Source: Planctomycetota bacterium (GTDB lineage: Bacteria > Planctomycetota > PLA2 > JAEUHO01). From it: 64,000 nt of DNA. Where the stretch lies: assembly GCA_965223505.1 (NCBI GenBank), contig CBDCWP010000040.1, forward strand, positions 174,336 to 238,335, given 5' to 3'. Positions 10,303 through 18,355 of this stretch are shown one piece after another. Below the pieces are notes generated by a model. It did not search any database and was not told the origin of the DNA. It saw only the letters and a program-made list of their open reading frames with translations. A program made the position numbers and the translations under genes. Each line of letters starts with the position of its first letter. Position 1 is the stretch's first letter.

Positions 10303-11373
10303 GTGACCACAGCGCACGCCGAAGGAAGCACCCGCCGCCTGCTCCAGCTCTGCGTGGGCTACTACGTCTTCTATGTGATCACCGGCGTCGCGGTGAAGTA
10401 CTTCCTGAAGACCGATCCCGACTTCCCGGGAATGAGCGGCATCGAGTTCCTGGTGAACAGCACGATCGCCGCGAACGTCTCCGTGCTGATCGTCATCGTC
10501 GCGCTGGGCTGGATCAAGCTGCGCTCGAACCGGCTCGTGCAGGTCGGTCCGCTGCGTGTTCCGTCCGAGCTGGCCTACATCATTCCGTCGGGCGTGTGCA
10601 CAGGGATCATCATCCCGACGACGACGCTGATGTACACGCTGCCGATCTCCGTGATGGTCGCGATGGTCATCATGCGCGGCAGCGTGATCGTCATCAGCCG
10701 CGTCGTGGACGCAATTCAGATCTGCCAGGGGATCCTGAAGAAGCGCGTCTACGCGGAAGAGAACATCGCGGTGCTGTTCGCGCTGGGGGCGGTCGCGACG
10801 AACGTGTTCGGCAGCGGCGGCAACGCCTTCGATTTCGCGAGCAACACGGCGGCGCTGGCGATCTTGATCTCGTACGTCACGGCGTACGCCTTCCGCATCT
10901 ACATCATGAACTACTACAAGAACACCCGCGGGAAGGACGTTCCCCACGACAGCAAGGGCTTCTTCGCCCTCGAGCAGCTCGCGGCCTCGGGCACGCTGCT
11001 GCTGATGGGCGTGATCGTGTTCAACGCGCGCTCGTGGTTCGGATGGGACGACTTCCGGCTGGACCAGTTCGACGGCGCGATCCGTGACCTGAACGGCTTT
11101 GCGCTGCTGGCCGGGGTGCCGTTCGGCATCGTCGCGTTCTTCTCGGTGTTCATCTTCCTGTTCAAGGGACGTACGGCGACGTTCGCCGGCCTGGTGAACC
11201 GGCTGACGTCGCTGCTCGCGGGTGTCACCGCGACGCTCGTGTTCGCGGTCGTGCATGGCGGCAGGTACCCGACGCTCAAGCACTGGGCCTCGGTCGCCCT
11301 GATCGTCGTCGCCGTGTACTTCCTGACGCGCGCGGAGAAACGCCGCGCCGCGGAGCTCGCCGCGCAGGCGTAG
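10303..11373 (+). CDS. Multi-pass integral membrane protein (possible DMT-like transporter)
   Basis: About 10 hydrophobic segments; high-GC codon usage. Confidence 0.65.
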   Translation: MTTAHAEGSTRRLLQLCVGYYVFYVITGVAVKYFLKTDPDFPGMSGIEFLVNSTIAANVSVLIVIVALGWIKLRSNRLVQVGPLRVPSELAYIIPSGVCTGIIIPTTTLMYTLPISVMVAMVIMRGSVIVISRVVDAIQICQGILKKRVYAEENIAVLFALGAVATNVFGSGGNAFDFASNTAALAILISYVTAYAFRIYIMNYYKNTRGKDVPHDSKGFFALEQLAASGTLLLMGVIVFNARSWFGWDDFRLDQFDGAIRDLNGFALLAGVPFGIVAFFSVFIFLFKGRTATFAGLVNRLTSLLAGVTATLVFAVVHGGRYPTLKHWASVALIVVAVYFLTRAEKRRAAELAAQA

Positions 11374-11376
11374 GCG

Positions 11377-11844
11377 TCAGACCGTCGCCAGCTCGAGCAG
11401 CCCGTGACCGCCGTCGCGCAGCTTGCCCTGCTTGATCAGGAAGTCCCACACCTCGGGCGGATACTGCTCCGGCGGCTTCACGCCGAGAATGCGCGAGCTC
11501 TCCCCCTTGCTGAGCGGGTTGCGACTCGCGGACGACTCGTCGTCGAGACGCACCAGCTTGAGACGCTTGCGGTACGCCTTGAGCGCGCGCTTGAGCACCG
11601 CCTTGTCCCACTCGCTGAGCGGCATCGTGCCGGCCTCCCAGCCTTCGACGACCGCACGCACGTCGGCCAGGCTGCGTTCGAGGACCGGCAGCGCGACGTC
11701 GGCATCCTCCTCGGCGCCGGCGGACTCGAGTAGCTGTTCCGCTTCGAGCCACAGCGCATCGGCGTCGGCGTCCGCGGCGGCGGCGATGGCATCGACCAGT
11801 CCGTTCATTCGATGCAGCAGAAGCCAGTTCTCGACGGGTGCCAC
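11377..11844 (-). CDS. Hypothetical protein
   Basis: Distal part of the long minus-strand ORF has a protein-like composition (KRALKAYRKRLKLVRLDDES...); start codon uncertain. Confidence 0.6.
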   Translation of the reverse strand: MAPVENWLLLHRMNGLVDAIAAAADADADALWLEAEQLLESAGAEEDADVALPVLERSLADVRAVVEGWEAGTMPLSEWDKAVLKRALKAYRKRLKLVRLDDESSASRNPLSKGESSRILGVKPPEQYPPEVWDFLIKQGKLRDGGHGLLELATV

Positions 11845-11937
11845 ACCGTGAAGATACCCGGCCGGCGCGCGACGCGCGGGCGCGACAGCAAACGCCGCGG
11901 AATCTAGAATGCGCGGCGCTCTCTGGAGGGTGCCGCC

Positions 11938-13272
11938 GTGTCGAGACTCGAAACGCTCTTGCGCCAACAGCTGGGCGGTACCCGCTTGCGCCATCTCAGC
12001 AGCCGTGTCGGGGAGGATGAGCAGGCTGTCGGGTCGGCCGCGCAGTCCGCGATTCCGCTGCTGATCGCCGCGCTCGCGCGCAACACCCAGCGGCGCGGCG
12101 GCGCGCAGTCCCTGTACGGCGCGCTCGAGCGCGACCACGACGGTAGCGTCGTCGACGCGTTCGGGGACGGCGGCGCGGACCTCGCCGGCATGGGCGACGC
12201 GATCCTCGGGCACATCCTCGGCGGCCGGCGGCGCGACGTCGAGCGGCACGTGAGCAAACAGAGCGGTCTGGGAGGCGACGCCACCGGACGTCTGATGGCG
12301 AACCTGGCGCCCTTGATCATGGGCGCGCTCGGCCGGCAGCAGCGCGAGCGACGGATGAGCCCGCGGGGCCTCACGAACTACCTGCGCCGCGAGCGGCGCG
12401 GCATCGAGCGCGGCAACCCGGGCGCGCAACAGCTGATGAACGGGTTCTTCGGCCGCAACAGGGGTGGCGGAAAGGCCAAGCTGGTCGTCGCGCTGGTGAT
12501 CGCCGGCATCTCGGTGTTCGGGTACCTCAAGTCGTGCGACGTGAACCCGACGACCGGTGAGACGCAGTTCGTCGCGCTCACGACCGAGCAAGAGATCGCG
12601 CTCGGCGTCCAGTCGGCGCCGCAGATGAAAGACCGCCACGGCGGCCTCTATCACGACGCGCGCGACCGCGAGCGGTTCAGCCGCATCGGACAGCGCATCG
12701 TTCGCAGTACGGACGCCGGCAAGACGCCGTACCAGTACGAGTTCCACTTGCTGGCCGATCCCGAGGTCGTGAACGCCTTCGCGCTTCCGGGCGGTCAGAT
12801 CTTCATGACGTACGCGCTCTACAGCCGCCTCGACACGGACGGCAAGATCGCGGGCGTGCTCGGGCACGAGATCGGGCACGTGGTCGCGCGGCACAGCGCG
12901 CAGCACATCGCGAAGGCCAAGCTGGCCCAGGGGCTGCAGGGCGCGGCCGTTCTGGCGACGTACGACCCGGACAAGCCGTCGACCACGAAGACCGCGGCGG
13001 TCGCCGCGATCATCTCGAAACTCGTGACGATGAAGTTCGGCCGCGACGACGAGCTCGAGTCCGACAAGCTGGGCGTCAAGTACATGGCCGAGGCCGGCTA
13101 CGACCCGCGCTCGATGATCAGCGTGATGGAGGTGCTCGCCGAGGCCGGCGGAGGGGGCCGGCAGCCCGAGTTCTTCAGCACCCACCCCAACCCCGAAAAC
13201 CGCATCGAGAAGATCAAGGCGGCCATCGACGCGGTCTTCCCCAAAGGGGTGCCGGAAGGCCTGACGCGCTAG
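11938..13272 (+). CDS. M48 family zinc metalloprotease with N-terminal DUF937-like domain
   Basis: NAFALPGG, HEIGH, ELESD, FFSTHP; N-terminus with LERDHDGS and ILGHILG typical of DUF937; RBS GGAGG. Confidence 0.85.
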   Translation: MSRLETLLRQQLGGTRLRHLSSRVGEDEQAVGSAAQSAIPLLIAALARNTQRRGGAQSLYGALERDHDGSVVDAFGDGGADLAGMGDAILGHILGGRRRDVERHVSKQSGLGGDATGRLMANLAPLIMGALGRQQRERRMSPRGLTNYLRRERRGIERGNPGAQQLMNGFFGRNRGGGKAKLVVALVIAGISVFGYLKSCDVNPTTGETQFVALTTEQEIALGVQSAPQMKDRHGGLYHDARDRERFSRIGQRIVRSTDAGKTPYQYEFHLLADPEVVNAFALPGGQIFMTYALYSRLDTDGKIAGVLGHEIGHVVARHSAQHIAKAKLAQGLQGAAVLATYDPDKPSTTKTAAVAAIISKLVTMKFGRDDELESDKLGVKYMAEAGYDPRSMISVMEVLAEAGGGGRQPEFFSTHPNPENRIEKIKAAIDAVFPKGVPEGLTR

Positions 13273-13318
13273 GCCTTGCGTGATACCGTCGTACGGGATA
13301 CGAGGCGCGGAGGCGTGC

Positions 13319-13912
13319 ATGAAGCCCGAACAAGACGAGCCCACGGTGAGCAGCAGCCCATGTGAGACGAGCGGGTACGGCCTGTACCCGGACGTTCATC
13401 CCGTCGTCGAGCAGTTCGCGCGCGACATCGCGCAGATCATCGAGAGCAACGAGCCCGAGGACGTGCCCGCGCAGGTCTCCGAGAAGCTCGAGGCGGTCCT
13501 CGCGACCGACGATCTGCTGGCCGAATGCCATCGAGAGACCGGCGACGAGACGTACCGCCGGCACATCCTCTACGCCGATCCCGATCGTCGCTTCACGATC
13601 CTGGCGCTGGTCTGGAAGCCGGGCCAGCGAACGACGGTCCACGGTCACACTGCGTGGGGCTCCGTCGGCGTCTACGAGGGCCGGCCGAACGTGACCTGCT
13701 ACGACTGCACGGAAGACGAGGACGGCGCCGTCACGCCGCACGAGACCCAGGACATCTGCTGCGAGCCGAAACAGACGACGCACGTCCAGCCCGGGCTCTG
13801 CGGCACGCATCGCATCTACAACGACACCGACGACGTGGTCATCACCATCCACACGTACGGAAGGGACCTCGTCCAAGACCCCGAGTCGATCAACATGGTC
13901 TTGTCCAACTAG
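13319..13912 (+). CDS. Cysteine dioxygenase-like (thiol dioxygenase) cupin
   Basis: YRRHILY, LVWKPGQ.T.VHGH, THRIYN, IHTYG (3-His facial triad pattern). Confidence 0.85.
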   Translation: MKPEQDEPTVSSSPCETSGYGLYPDVHPVVEQFARDIAQIIESNEPEDVPAQVSEKLEAVLATDDLLAECHRETGDETYRRHILYADPDRRFTILALVWKPGQRTTVHGHTAWGSVGVYEGRPNVTCYDCTEDEDGAVTPHETQDICCEPKQTTHVQPGLCGTHRIYNDTDDVVITIHTYGRDLVQDPESINMVLSN

Positions 13913-13979
13913 CGATCGACTGGAGCAGATGCTCAAGAACGCGTAGTCCGCTTGCTACCGTCTGCGGCGGAGGTACGCC

Positions 13980-14408
13980 GTGGAAGAGCAGCACGACGAT
14001 CCGGCCGCGCAGCGGCCCGAGAGCAAGGCGGGTTGGCGGGAGAAGCTCGAGAGCGCGAAGGAGTGGTTCGGCAGCCTGAAGGACAGGCTTCCGAACGTGG
14101 ACCCGCGTGTGGTCGAGGCGCTACGGCTGAAGCTGGCGACGACGTTGCTGGCCCCGGTGCGCGAGAAGGTGCGGTTCCACACGTCCGACATTCGAAAGAA
14201 GCTGCTCTGGATCTTCGGTGCGGTCGCGGTCGCGTTGGTGGCGACCGGCTACTTCACGAAGATGGAGGTCTTTTACTGGTCGGCCTATTCGTTCGTGCTG
14301 AGCCTGGTGATCCTGCTGGTGGTCGTATCGATGGTGCAGACGCGCGTCCTGAAGGTGATCGAGGACGTGCACGACCGCGTCGTAGGCAGCCACCCGGCGG
14401 AGGGTTAG
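13980..14408 (+). CDS. Hypothetical membrane protein
   Basis: Two TM segments; RBS GGAGG. Confidence 0.6.
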   Translation: MEEQHDDPAAQRPESKAGWREKLESAKEWFGSLKDRLPNVDPRVVEALRLKLATTLLAPVREKVRFHTSDIRKKLLWIFGAVAVALVATGYFTKMEVFYWSAYSFVLSLVILLVVVSMVQTRVLKVIEDVHDRVVGSHPAEG

Positions 14409-14672
14409 CTACAGCACCGTGCTCGAGACTTCCGTCGTCTGGGGCGGATCGCTGCTGTCCAGGACGCGGATCTTGACTTGGGTGCCGGAGGGCGTGTGCG
14501 GCGGCACCATGACGTGCGCCGTGTTCGTGCCCGGCGTGATGGTCACGCCCGGCGGGTTGTCCGGCGGCGGCGGCGCCACGAACTGGTACGGCGGCGTGCC
14601 GCCGTCCGCGGTCACGGTGAACCCGGCGTGCGGGTCAAACGGATTCGGGTTGGCTTGCGCGGTGAGCGGCAT
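14409..14672 (-). CDS. Small beta-rich (Ig/cadherin-like) hypothetical protein
   Basis: GGTPPYQF, PPGVTI, VLDSSDPPQT motifs; RBS GGGAGA. Confidence 0.55.
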   Translation of the reverse strand: MPLTAQANPNPFDPHAGFTVTADGGTPPYQFVAPPPPDNPPGVTITPGTNTAHVMVPPHTPSGTQVKIRVLDSSDPPQTTEVSSTVL

Positions 14673-14721
14673 GGCGTTCTCCCCTGGGTGCTCTAGGAAT
14701 CTAGAGTCGGTGGGTCGAACG

Positions 14722-16155
14722 CTAGTCTTCACCCTCGAGCGATCTGATCAGCTCGTCCGCGGCGGCCCTGAGCTTCTCCGGAAGGGCGTCCCGCAACCGG
14801 CGCAGGTTCGGAAGCAGCGCCTTGTCGTCGAGCTCACGCGCCAATTCGAGCAGTTCCGTGAGTCGGCGCTCGTCGTCGGACTCGATGTCCCATCCGACCA
14901 AACGTCCGAACAGGATCTGGCGCTTCGTGCCCGACGCCGACTTGGCGGCATCGACGAGAGTGAAGCGACACTCGGTCCAGTTGCCTTCGACGGCCATCTT
15001 GGCCGCGGCGCCGACCAGCGTAGTGTCCGACGAGTCGAGCGCCGCACGCCAGCGTTTGCGCGCCTCGCTCTCGTCGCCGCCACGCAGCATGTGCAGCGCA
15101 TAGAGCAGGGAACGAGCGTCGTCCAGCGTGTCGTTCGCGAGCCGCTCGCGAGCGAACGCGACGGTCTCCTCGGAGGGCTCGACCGAGACGATCAAGACGC
15201 GCTCGACCTCGGCGGAGACGCCCGCCTCGATGGCGTCCATCGCAAACTCTGCGAAGTCCTCGGGCGGGAGCTGGCTCTTGAGGCAACCAAGTGCCGATTG
15301 CTTGACGTTGGCCGCGGCGTCGCCGGTCACGATCTTCGCGACGGCATCCCTGTGCTCGAAGTCCGGCGCGTAGCCTAGGCCCTTCAGAGCCGAGAATCGA
15401 ATCGTGTCATCGGCGTCGTTGATGTACGGCGCGAACACCGCAGCGCAGACCGACCCCTCATGGGCCGCCGCCTGCATCGAAAGCCCGCCCAGCACCTTCT
15501 GCAGCGTCGCGACGCGGCGCTTCTCCCGCGCCTCGAACAACACGCGCGCGACGTCGCCGTCGGACGCCGTCTCGATGACCGAGTCGATGTCCTCGTCCCA
15601 CCCCTGGGCCAGCAGGCGCTCGGCGACCGTGGTCTCCACCGGGATTCCGCTGTACGTCAGACACTCGAAGGCGGTCTTGCGAACGAGCGTGGACGGATGC
15701 TCGAGCGCTTGCTCGAACTCGCTCCGAAGCGCCGGGTCGTTCTTCAGCCGCTCGTAGTCCGGCTTCGAGGCGCCGAACTCACCGAACACGAGCTCGTTGA
15801 GGTACGCGGCGTACTCCACCGAGCTTCGAACGGCGCCGGTCTCCGGCGTCGGCTTGAAGTACGCGAACAGCGCGAACGCGACGACGAGCACAGCGGCCGC
15901 CGCATAGGCGAAGCCACGCCGGCGCATCGCAACCCGTCGCTGCGCGCGCCCGAAGATGGCCTCCGCGCGCGCTTCCGAGATCGGCTCCACGACGGAGGCC
16001 GCGCCGCGACGCATGTCCTGGATGGACCGCCGTGCGGACTCGCAGTGCGCACAATCCGAGAGGTGCGCGAGGCTCTTCGCGTCGAGCTCCGCTTCGTCGA
16101 TCAGACGGCGGAACACGATGTCGCATTGCTGGGACACGTCATGCGTCATCGCCAT
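14722..16155 (-). CDS. Putative zinc-binding anti-sigma factor with TM and extracytoplasmic HEAT repeats
   Basis: HLSDCAHC (HxxxCxxC), one TM helix, HEAT-like repeats; overlaps the upstream sigma gene. Confidence 0.7.
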   Translation of the reverse strand: MAMTHDVSQQCDIVFRRLIDEAELDAKSLAHLSDCAHCESARRSIQDMRRGAASVVEPISEARAEAIFGRAQRRVAMRRRGFAYAAAAVLVVAFALFAYFKPTPETGAVRSSVEYAAYLNELVFGEFGASKPDYERLKNDPALRSEFEQALEHPSTLVRKTAFECLTYSGIPVETTVAERLLAQGWDEDIDSVIETASDGDVARVLFEAREKRRVATLQKVLGGLSMQAAAHEGSVCAAVFAPYINDADDTIRFSALKGLGYAPDFEHRDAVAKIVTGDAAANVKQSALGCLKSQLPPEDFAEFAMDAIEAGVSAEVERVLIVSVEPSEETVAFARERLANDTLDDARSLLYALHMLRGGDESEARKRWRAALDSSDTTLVGAAAKMAVEGNWTECRFTLVDAAKSASGTKRQILFGRLVGWDIESDDERRLTELLELARELDDKALLPNLRRLRDALPEKLRAAADELIRSLEGED

Positions 16156-16795
16156 CCCCTTTCCGCATGTCGCGCAGTCGGCGAAGGCCCCGGCTCAATC
16201 GCTGATACACGGCGGCCGCGGAGACCGAGTGCAGCTTGGCGATCTCCGCGGGCGATACGCCGTAGGCGAAGTGCAGAACGACGGTCTGTCGTTCCGCGTC
16301 GGGCAGCTTCTCCACACCCTTCCAGGCGTTCGGCGCCTCGGCGGGCGAAGTCCACGCGCCTTTGCCATGTTGCGTCTCGCCGAGCAGCTCCGGACGGCGC
16401 TTGCGAAACTGATCGCGGCCGACGTTCTTGCAGATCACGACGAGCCACGGTGTGACGGCTCGGGCCGCGTCCAGCTTCCTGTGAGCACGGAACGCCCGGA
16501 ACCAGGTCTCGCCGACCACCTCGTCGATCTGCGCACCGCGCGCCCCGGCCGCGAGCGTGATGTACTCGAGCAAGGGTTGCAGGCATCGGACGAGCAAGGT
16601 CCAAGCTGGTGGTTCTCCTTTACGCAGGCGGTGCCGAAACGCGGGGGTTTCGATTTGGCTGCAATCGGACCTACCTCCGCCACCCGTTGGGGCAGCGGAA
16701 TCGGTCAGCGGTTGCCCGGCGTTTCCTTCGCTTCCTTCGCGCTTTCCCAGCGCATCTCCGTCGGAAGTACGATTCTGGCCCCCGGGCTCTGACAT
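16139..16795 (-). CDS. ECF RNA polymerase sigma factor
   Basis: Region 2 (EVVGETW...WLVVICKN) and region 4 (LPDAERQTVVL...EIAKL...RLSRG); true start may lie downstream of 16795. Confidence 0.8.
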   Translation of the reverse strand: MSEPGGQNRTSDGDALGKREGSEGNAGQPLTDSAAPTGGGGRSDCSQIETPAFRHRLRKGEPPAWTLLVRCLQPLLEYITLAAGARGAQIDEVVGETWFRAFRAHRKLDAARAVTPWLVVICKNVGRDQFRKRRPELLGETQHGKGAWTSPAEAPNAWKGVEKLPDAERQTVVLHFAYGVSPAEIAKLHSVSAAAVYQRLSRGLRRLRDMRKGDGDDA

Positions 16796-16838
16796 GGATT
16801 GTGAGACTAATGTGCGGCGGGCTGCAGAGCCCTAGTTT

Positions 16839-16913
16839 TGGCTGCTCCGAGAGGGTTCGAACCCCCACCCGCCGGTTCAGAGCCGGCGATGCTACCGGTT
16901 ACACCACAGAGCA
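16839..16913 (-). tRNA. tRNA-Gln(CTG)
   Basis: Anticodon arm GCCGG-ctCTGaa-CCGGC, TTCGAAC T-loop, encoded CCA. Confidence 0.85.
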
Positions 16914-16921
16914 GCGGCGGC

Positions 16922-16996
16922 TGGTGCTCCGAGAGGGAGTTGCACCCCCATCGCGGGATTCGTAGTCCCGAATGCTGTCTGTTACACCATCGGAGC
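16922..16996 (-). tRNA. tRNA-Arg(ACG), atypical
   Basis: CGGGA-ctACGaa-TCCCG; T-loop TGCAACT; CCA. Confidence 0.75.
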
Positions 16997-17000
16997 TTGT

Positions 17001-17078
17001 TGGGGTGAGCGACGGGACTCGCACCCGCTTGCCCCGGCGTCACGGGCCGGGTCCTCGACGACTTCGGAATCGCTCACC
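17001..17078 (-). tRNA. tRNA-His(GTG), atypical
   Basis: CCGGC-ccGTGac-GCCGG; G-1:C73 pair; T-loop TGCGAGT; CCA. Confidence 0.78.
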
Positions 17079-17085
17079 AGGAAAC

Positions 17086-17162
17086 TGGTAATCCCGGCAG
17101 GAGTCGAACCTGCAACTTCCGGTTTCTGAAACCGGCGCCTCTGCCAGTTGGGCTACGGGATC
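17086..17162 (-). tRNA. tRNA-Leu(CAG) with short variable arm
   Basis: CCGGT-ttCAGaa-ACCGG; canonical D and T arms; 5-nt variable loop; CCA. Confidence 0.82.
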
Positions 17163-17171
17163 TCGAGAAAA

Positions 17172-17241
17172 TGGGGCCCACGGGAAGACTCGAACTTCCG
17201 TCCGCTCTTTACGAGAGAGCATCTGCGCCTTGCGCGCGGGC
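17172..17241 (-). tRNA. tRNA-Thr(CGT), reduced D-arm
   Basis: GCTCT-ctCGTaa-AGAGC; TTCGAGT; acceptor GCCCGCG/CGTGGGC; CCA. Confidence 0.68.
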
Positions 17242-17249
17242 TCGTTGAA

Positions 17250-17325
17250 TGGCTGGCGCGGTCGGATTCGAACCAACATGGTCCCGGTCAACAGCCGGGC
17301 GCCTTACCAGATCGGCCACACGCCA
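17250..17325 (-). tRNA. tRNA-Asn(GTT)
   Basis: CCCGG-ctGTTga-CCGGG; TTCGAAT; CCA. Confidence 0.85.
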
Positions 17326-17326
17326 T

Positions 17327-17400
17327 TGGTACCGGGCCACGGAGTCGAACCGCGTAGGTCGGGGTCATGAGCCCCGCCGGAGACCGTCTCCACGCCCGGG
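17327..17400 (-). tRNA. tRNA-Met(CAT), initiator-like, atypical D-arm
   Basis: CGGGG-ctCATga-CCCCG (consecutive G-C pairs), 1:72 mismatch, TTCGACT; CCA. Confidence 0.72.
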
Positions 17401-17401
17401 T

Positions 17402-17478
17402 TGGTGTCTCGAGGAGGCCACGATCCTCCATCTCACGGGGTAAGAACCCGGCGCTCTGCCCACTTGAGCTATCGAGAC
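17402..17478 (-). tRNA. tRNA-Lys(CTT), atypical T-loop
   Basis: CGGG-ttCTTac-CCCG; D-arm GCTC..GAGC; T-loop ATCGTGG; CCA. Confidence 0.7.
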
Positions 17479-17486
17479 GTGTTGTT

Positions 17487-17563
17487 TGGCGCGAACGACG
17501 AGACTTGCACTCGCTTCCTTCGGCTCGACAGGCCGACGTCTCGTCTCCTTCGACTTCGTTCGC
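17487..17563 (-). tRNA. tRNA-Asp(GTC), atypical
   Basis: TCGGC-ctGTCga-GCCGA; T-loop TGCAAGT; G73; CCA. Confidence 0.78.
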
Positions 17564-17565
17564 AT

Positions 17566-17642
17566 TGGTACGGACGACGAGACTCGCACTCGCTTACTCC
17601 GGGTTGAGGGCCCGGCGCCTCGGCTTCTTCGGCTTCGTCCGC
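17566..17642 (-). tRNA. tRNA-Glu(CTC), atypical
   Basis: CCGGG-ccCTCaa-CCCGG; T-loop TGCGAGT; CCA. Confidence 0.75.
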
Positions 17643-17652
17643 AAAGGTTCGC

Positions 17653-17727
17653 TGGTCAGGGTGGGAGGACTCGAACCTCCGTCTGCCTGCCTCCGAAGCA
17701 GGCTGTCTGCCGCTGACGTACACCCTG
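17653..17727 (-). tRNA. tRNA-Pro(CGG)
   Basis: CCTGC-ttCGGag-GCAGG; C1-G72, A73; TTCGAGT; CCA. Confidence 0.85.
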
Positions 17728-17739
17728 AAAGTTGATTGT

Positions 17740-17814
17740 TGGACCACTCGGTGGGATTCGAACCCACGCCTCCACGATGGCACCGTGGTGTGCTGCCGCT
17801 GACACCACGAGTGG
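17740..17814 (-). tRNA. tRNA-Gly(GCC)
   Basis: CCACG-gtGCCat-CGTGG; U73; TTCGAAT; CCA. Confidence 0.82.
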
Positions 17815-17815
17815 T

Positions 17816-17889
17816 TGGTTCCGCGAGACGGAGTCGAACCGTCGTCCACCGGATTTCACCCGGTCGCTCTGCCGTTGAGCTATCGCGAC
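17816..17889 (-). tRNA. tRNA-Phe(GAA)
   Basis: ACCGG-gtGAAat-CCGGT; TAGCTCA..GAGC D-arm; TTCGACT; CCA. Confidence 0.82.
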
Positions 17890-17891
17890 GT

Positions 17892-17962
17892 TGGCACGCG
17901 CCCACGGAGTCGAACCGCGCCTCCGGGGGTTGGAGCCCCGTGCGCCCCAAGGCGTAGCGCGT
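17892..17962 (-). tRNA. tRNA-Trp(CCA), reduced D-arm
   Basis: CGGGG-ctCCAac-CCCCG; TTCGACT; G73; CCA. Confidence 0.72.
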
Positions 17963-17985
17963 GCGTGTCTAGTGTCTGACTTGGA

Positions 17986-18000
17986 GATACCAAAGAGCGG
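17986..18000 (-). promoter_or_regulatory. Possible boxA-like antitermination site upstream of the tRNA array
   Basis: Minus strand reads CCGCTCTTTGGTATC about 25 nt before the first tRNA; resembles rrn boxA (GCTCTTT). Confidence 0.35.
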
Positions 18001-18355
18001 AGCGCTCGAAGGCACGGCGGTCTTCGGTCGCGAAATGGGGATCGGACGAGACGATTGGCGACGCCAAATCGAGTCCGAAGGGGGCGTCCCCCTCTTCAAA
18101 GAGACGGGACGCGTCTAGGCGAACAGATTGAGATTCGCGAGACCGCGCGGTTCACCGAACCGACGTGCGCAGCCTCGCCACATACCGCCCTCGAGGACGA
18201 TCGCGGGCTCCGGCAAATGGCGGCGCAGACAGATCACGAGAGCTACGACGCGCGCCACGTCCGACGGGTTCCGTCGAACCGAACCCAAAAAGCGGTTCGC
18301 CCTCCGGATCACCGTACCGCTACCATGTCGCGCCGCACCGCTGCGAGGTCGCGTC

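Noticed and set aside
17086..17162. Selenocysteine or opal-suppressor tRNA (TCA)
   Set aside because: The 7-nt loop TTCAGAA centres on CAG, and there is no long acceptor stem or variable arm.
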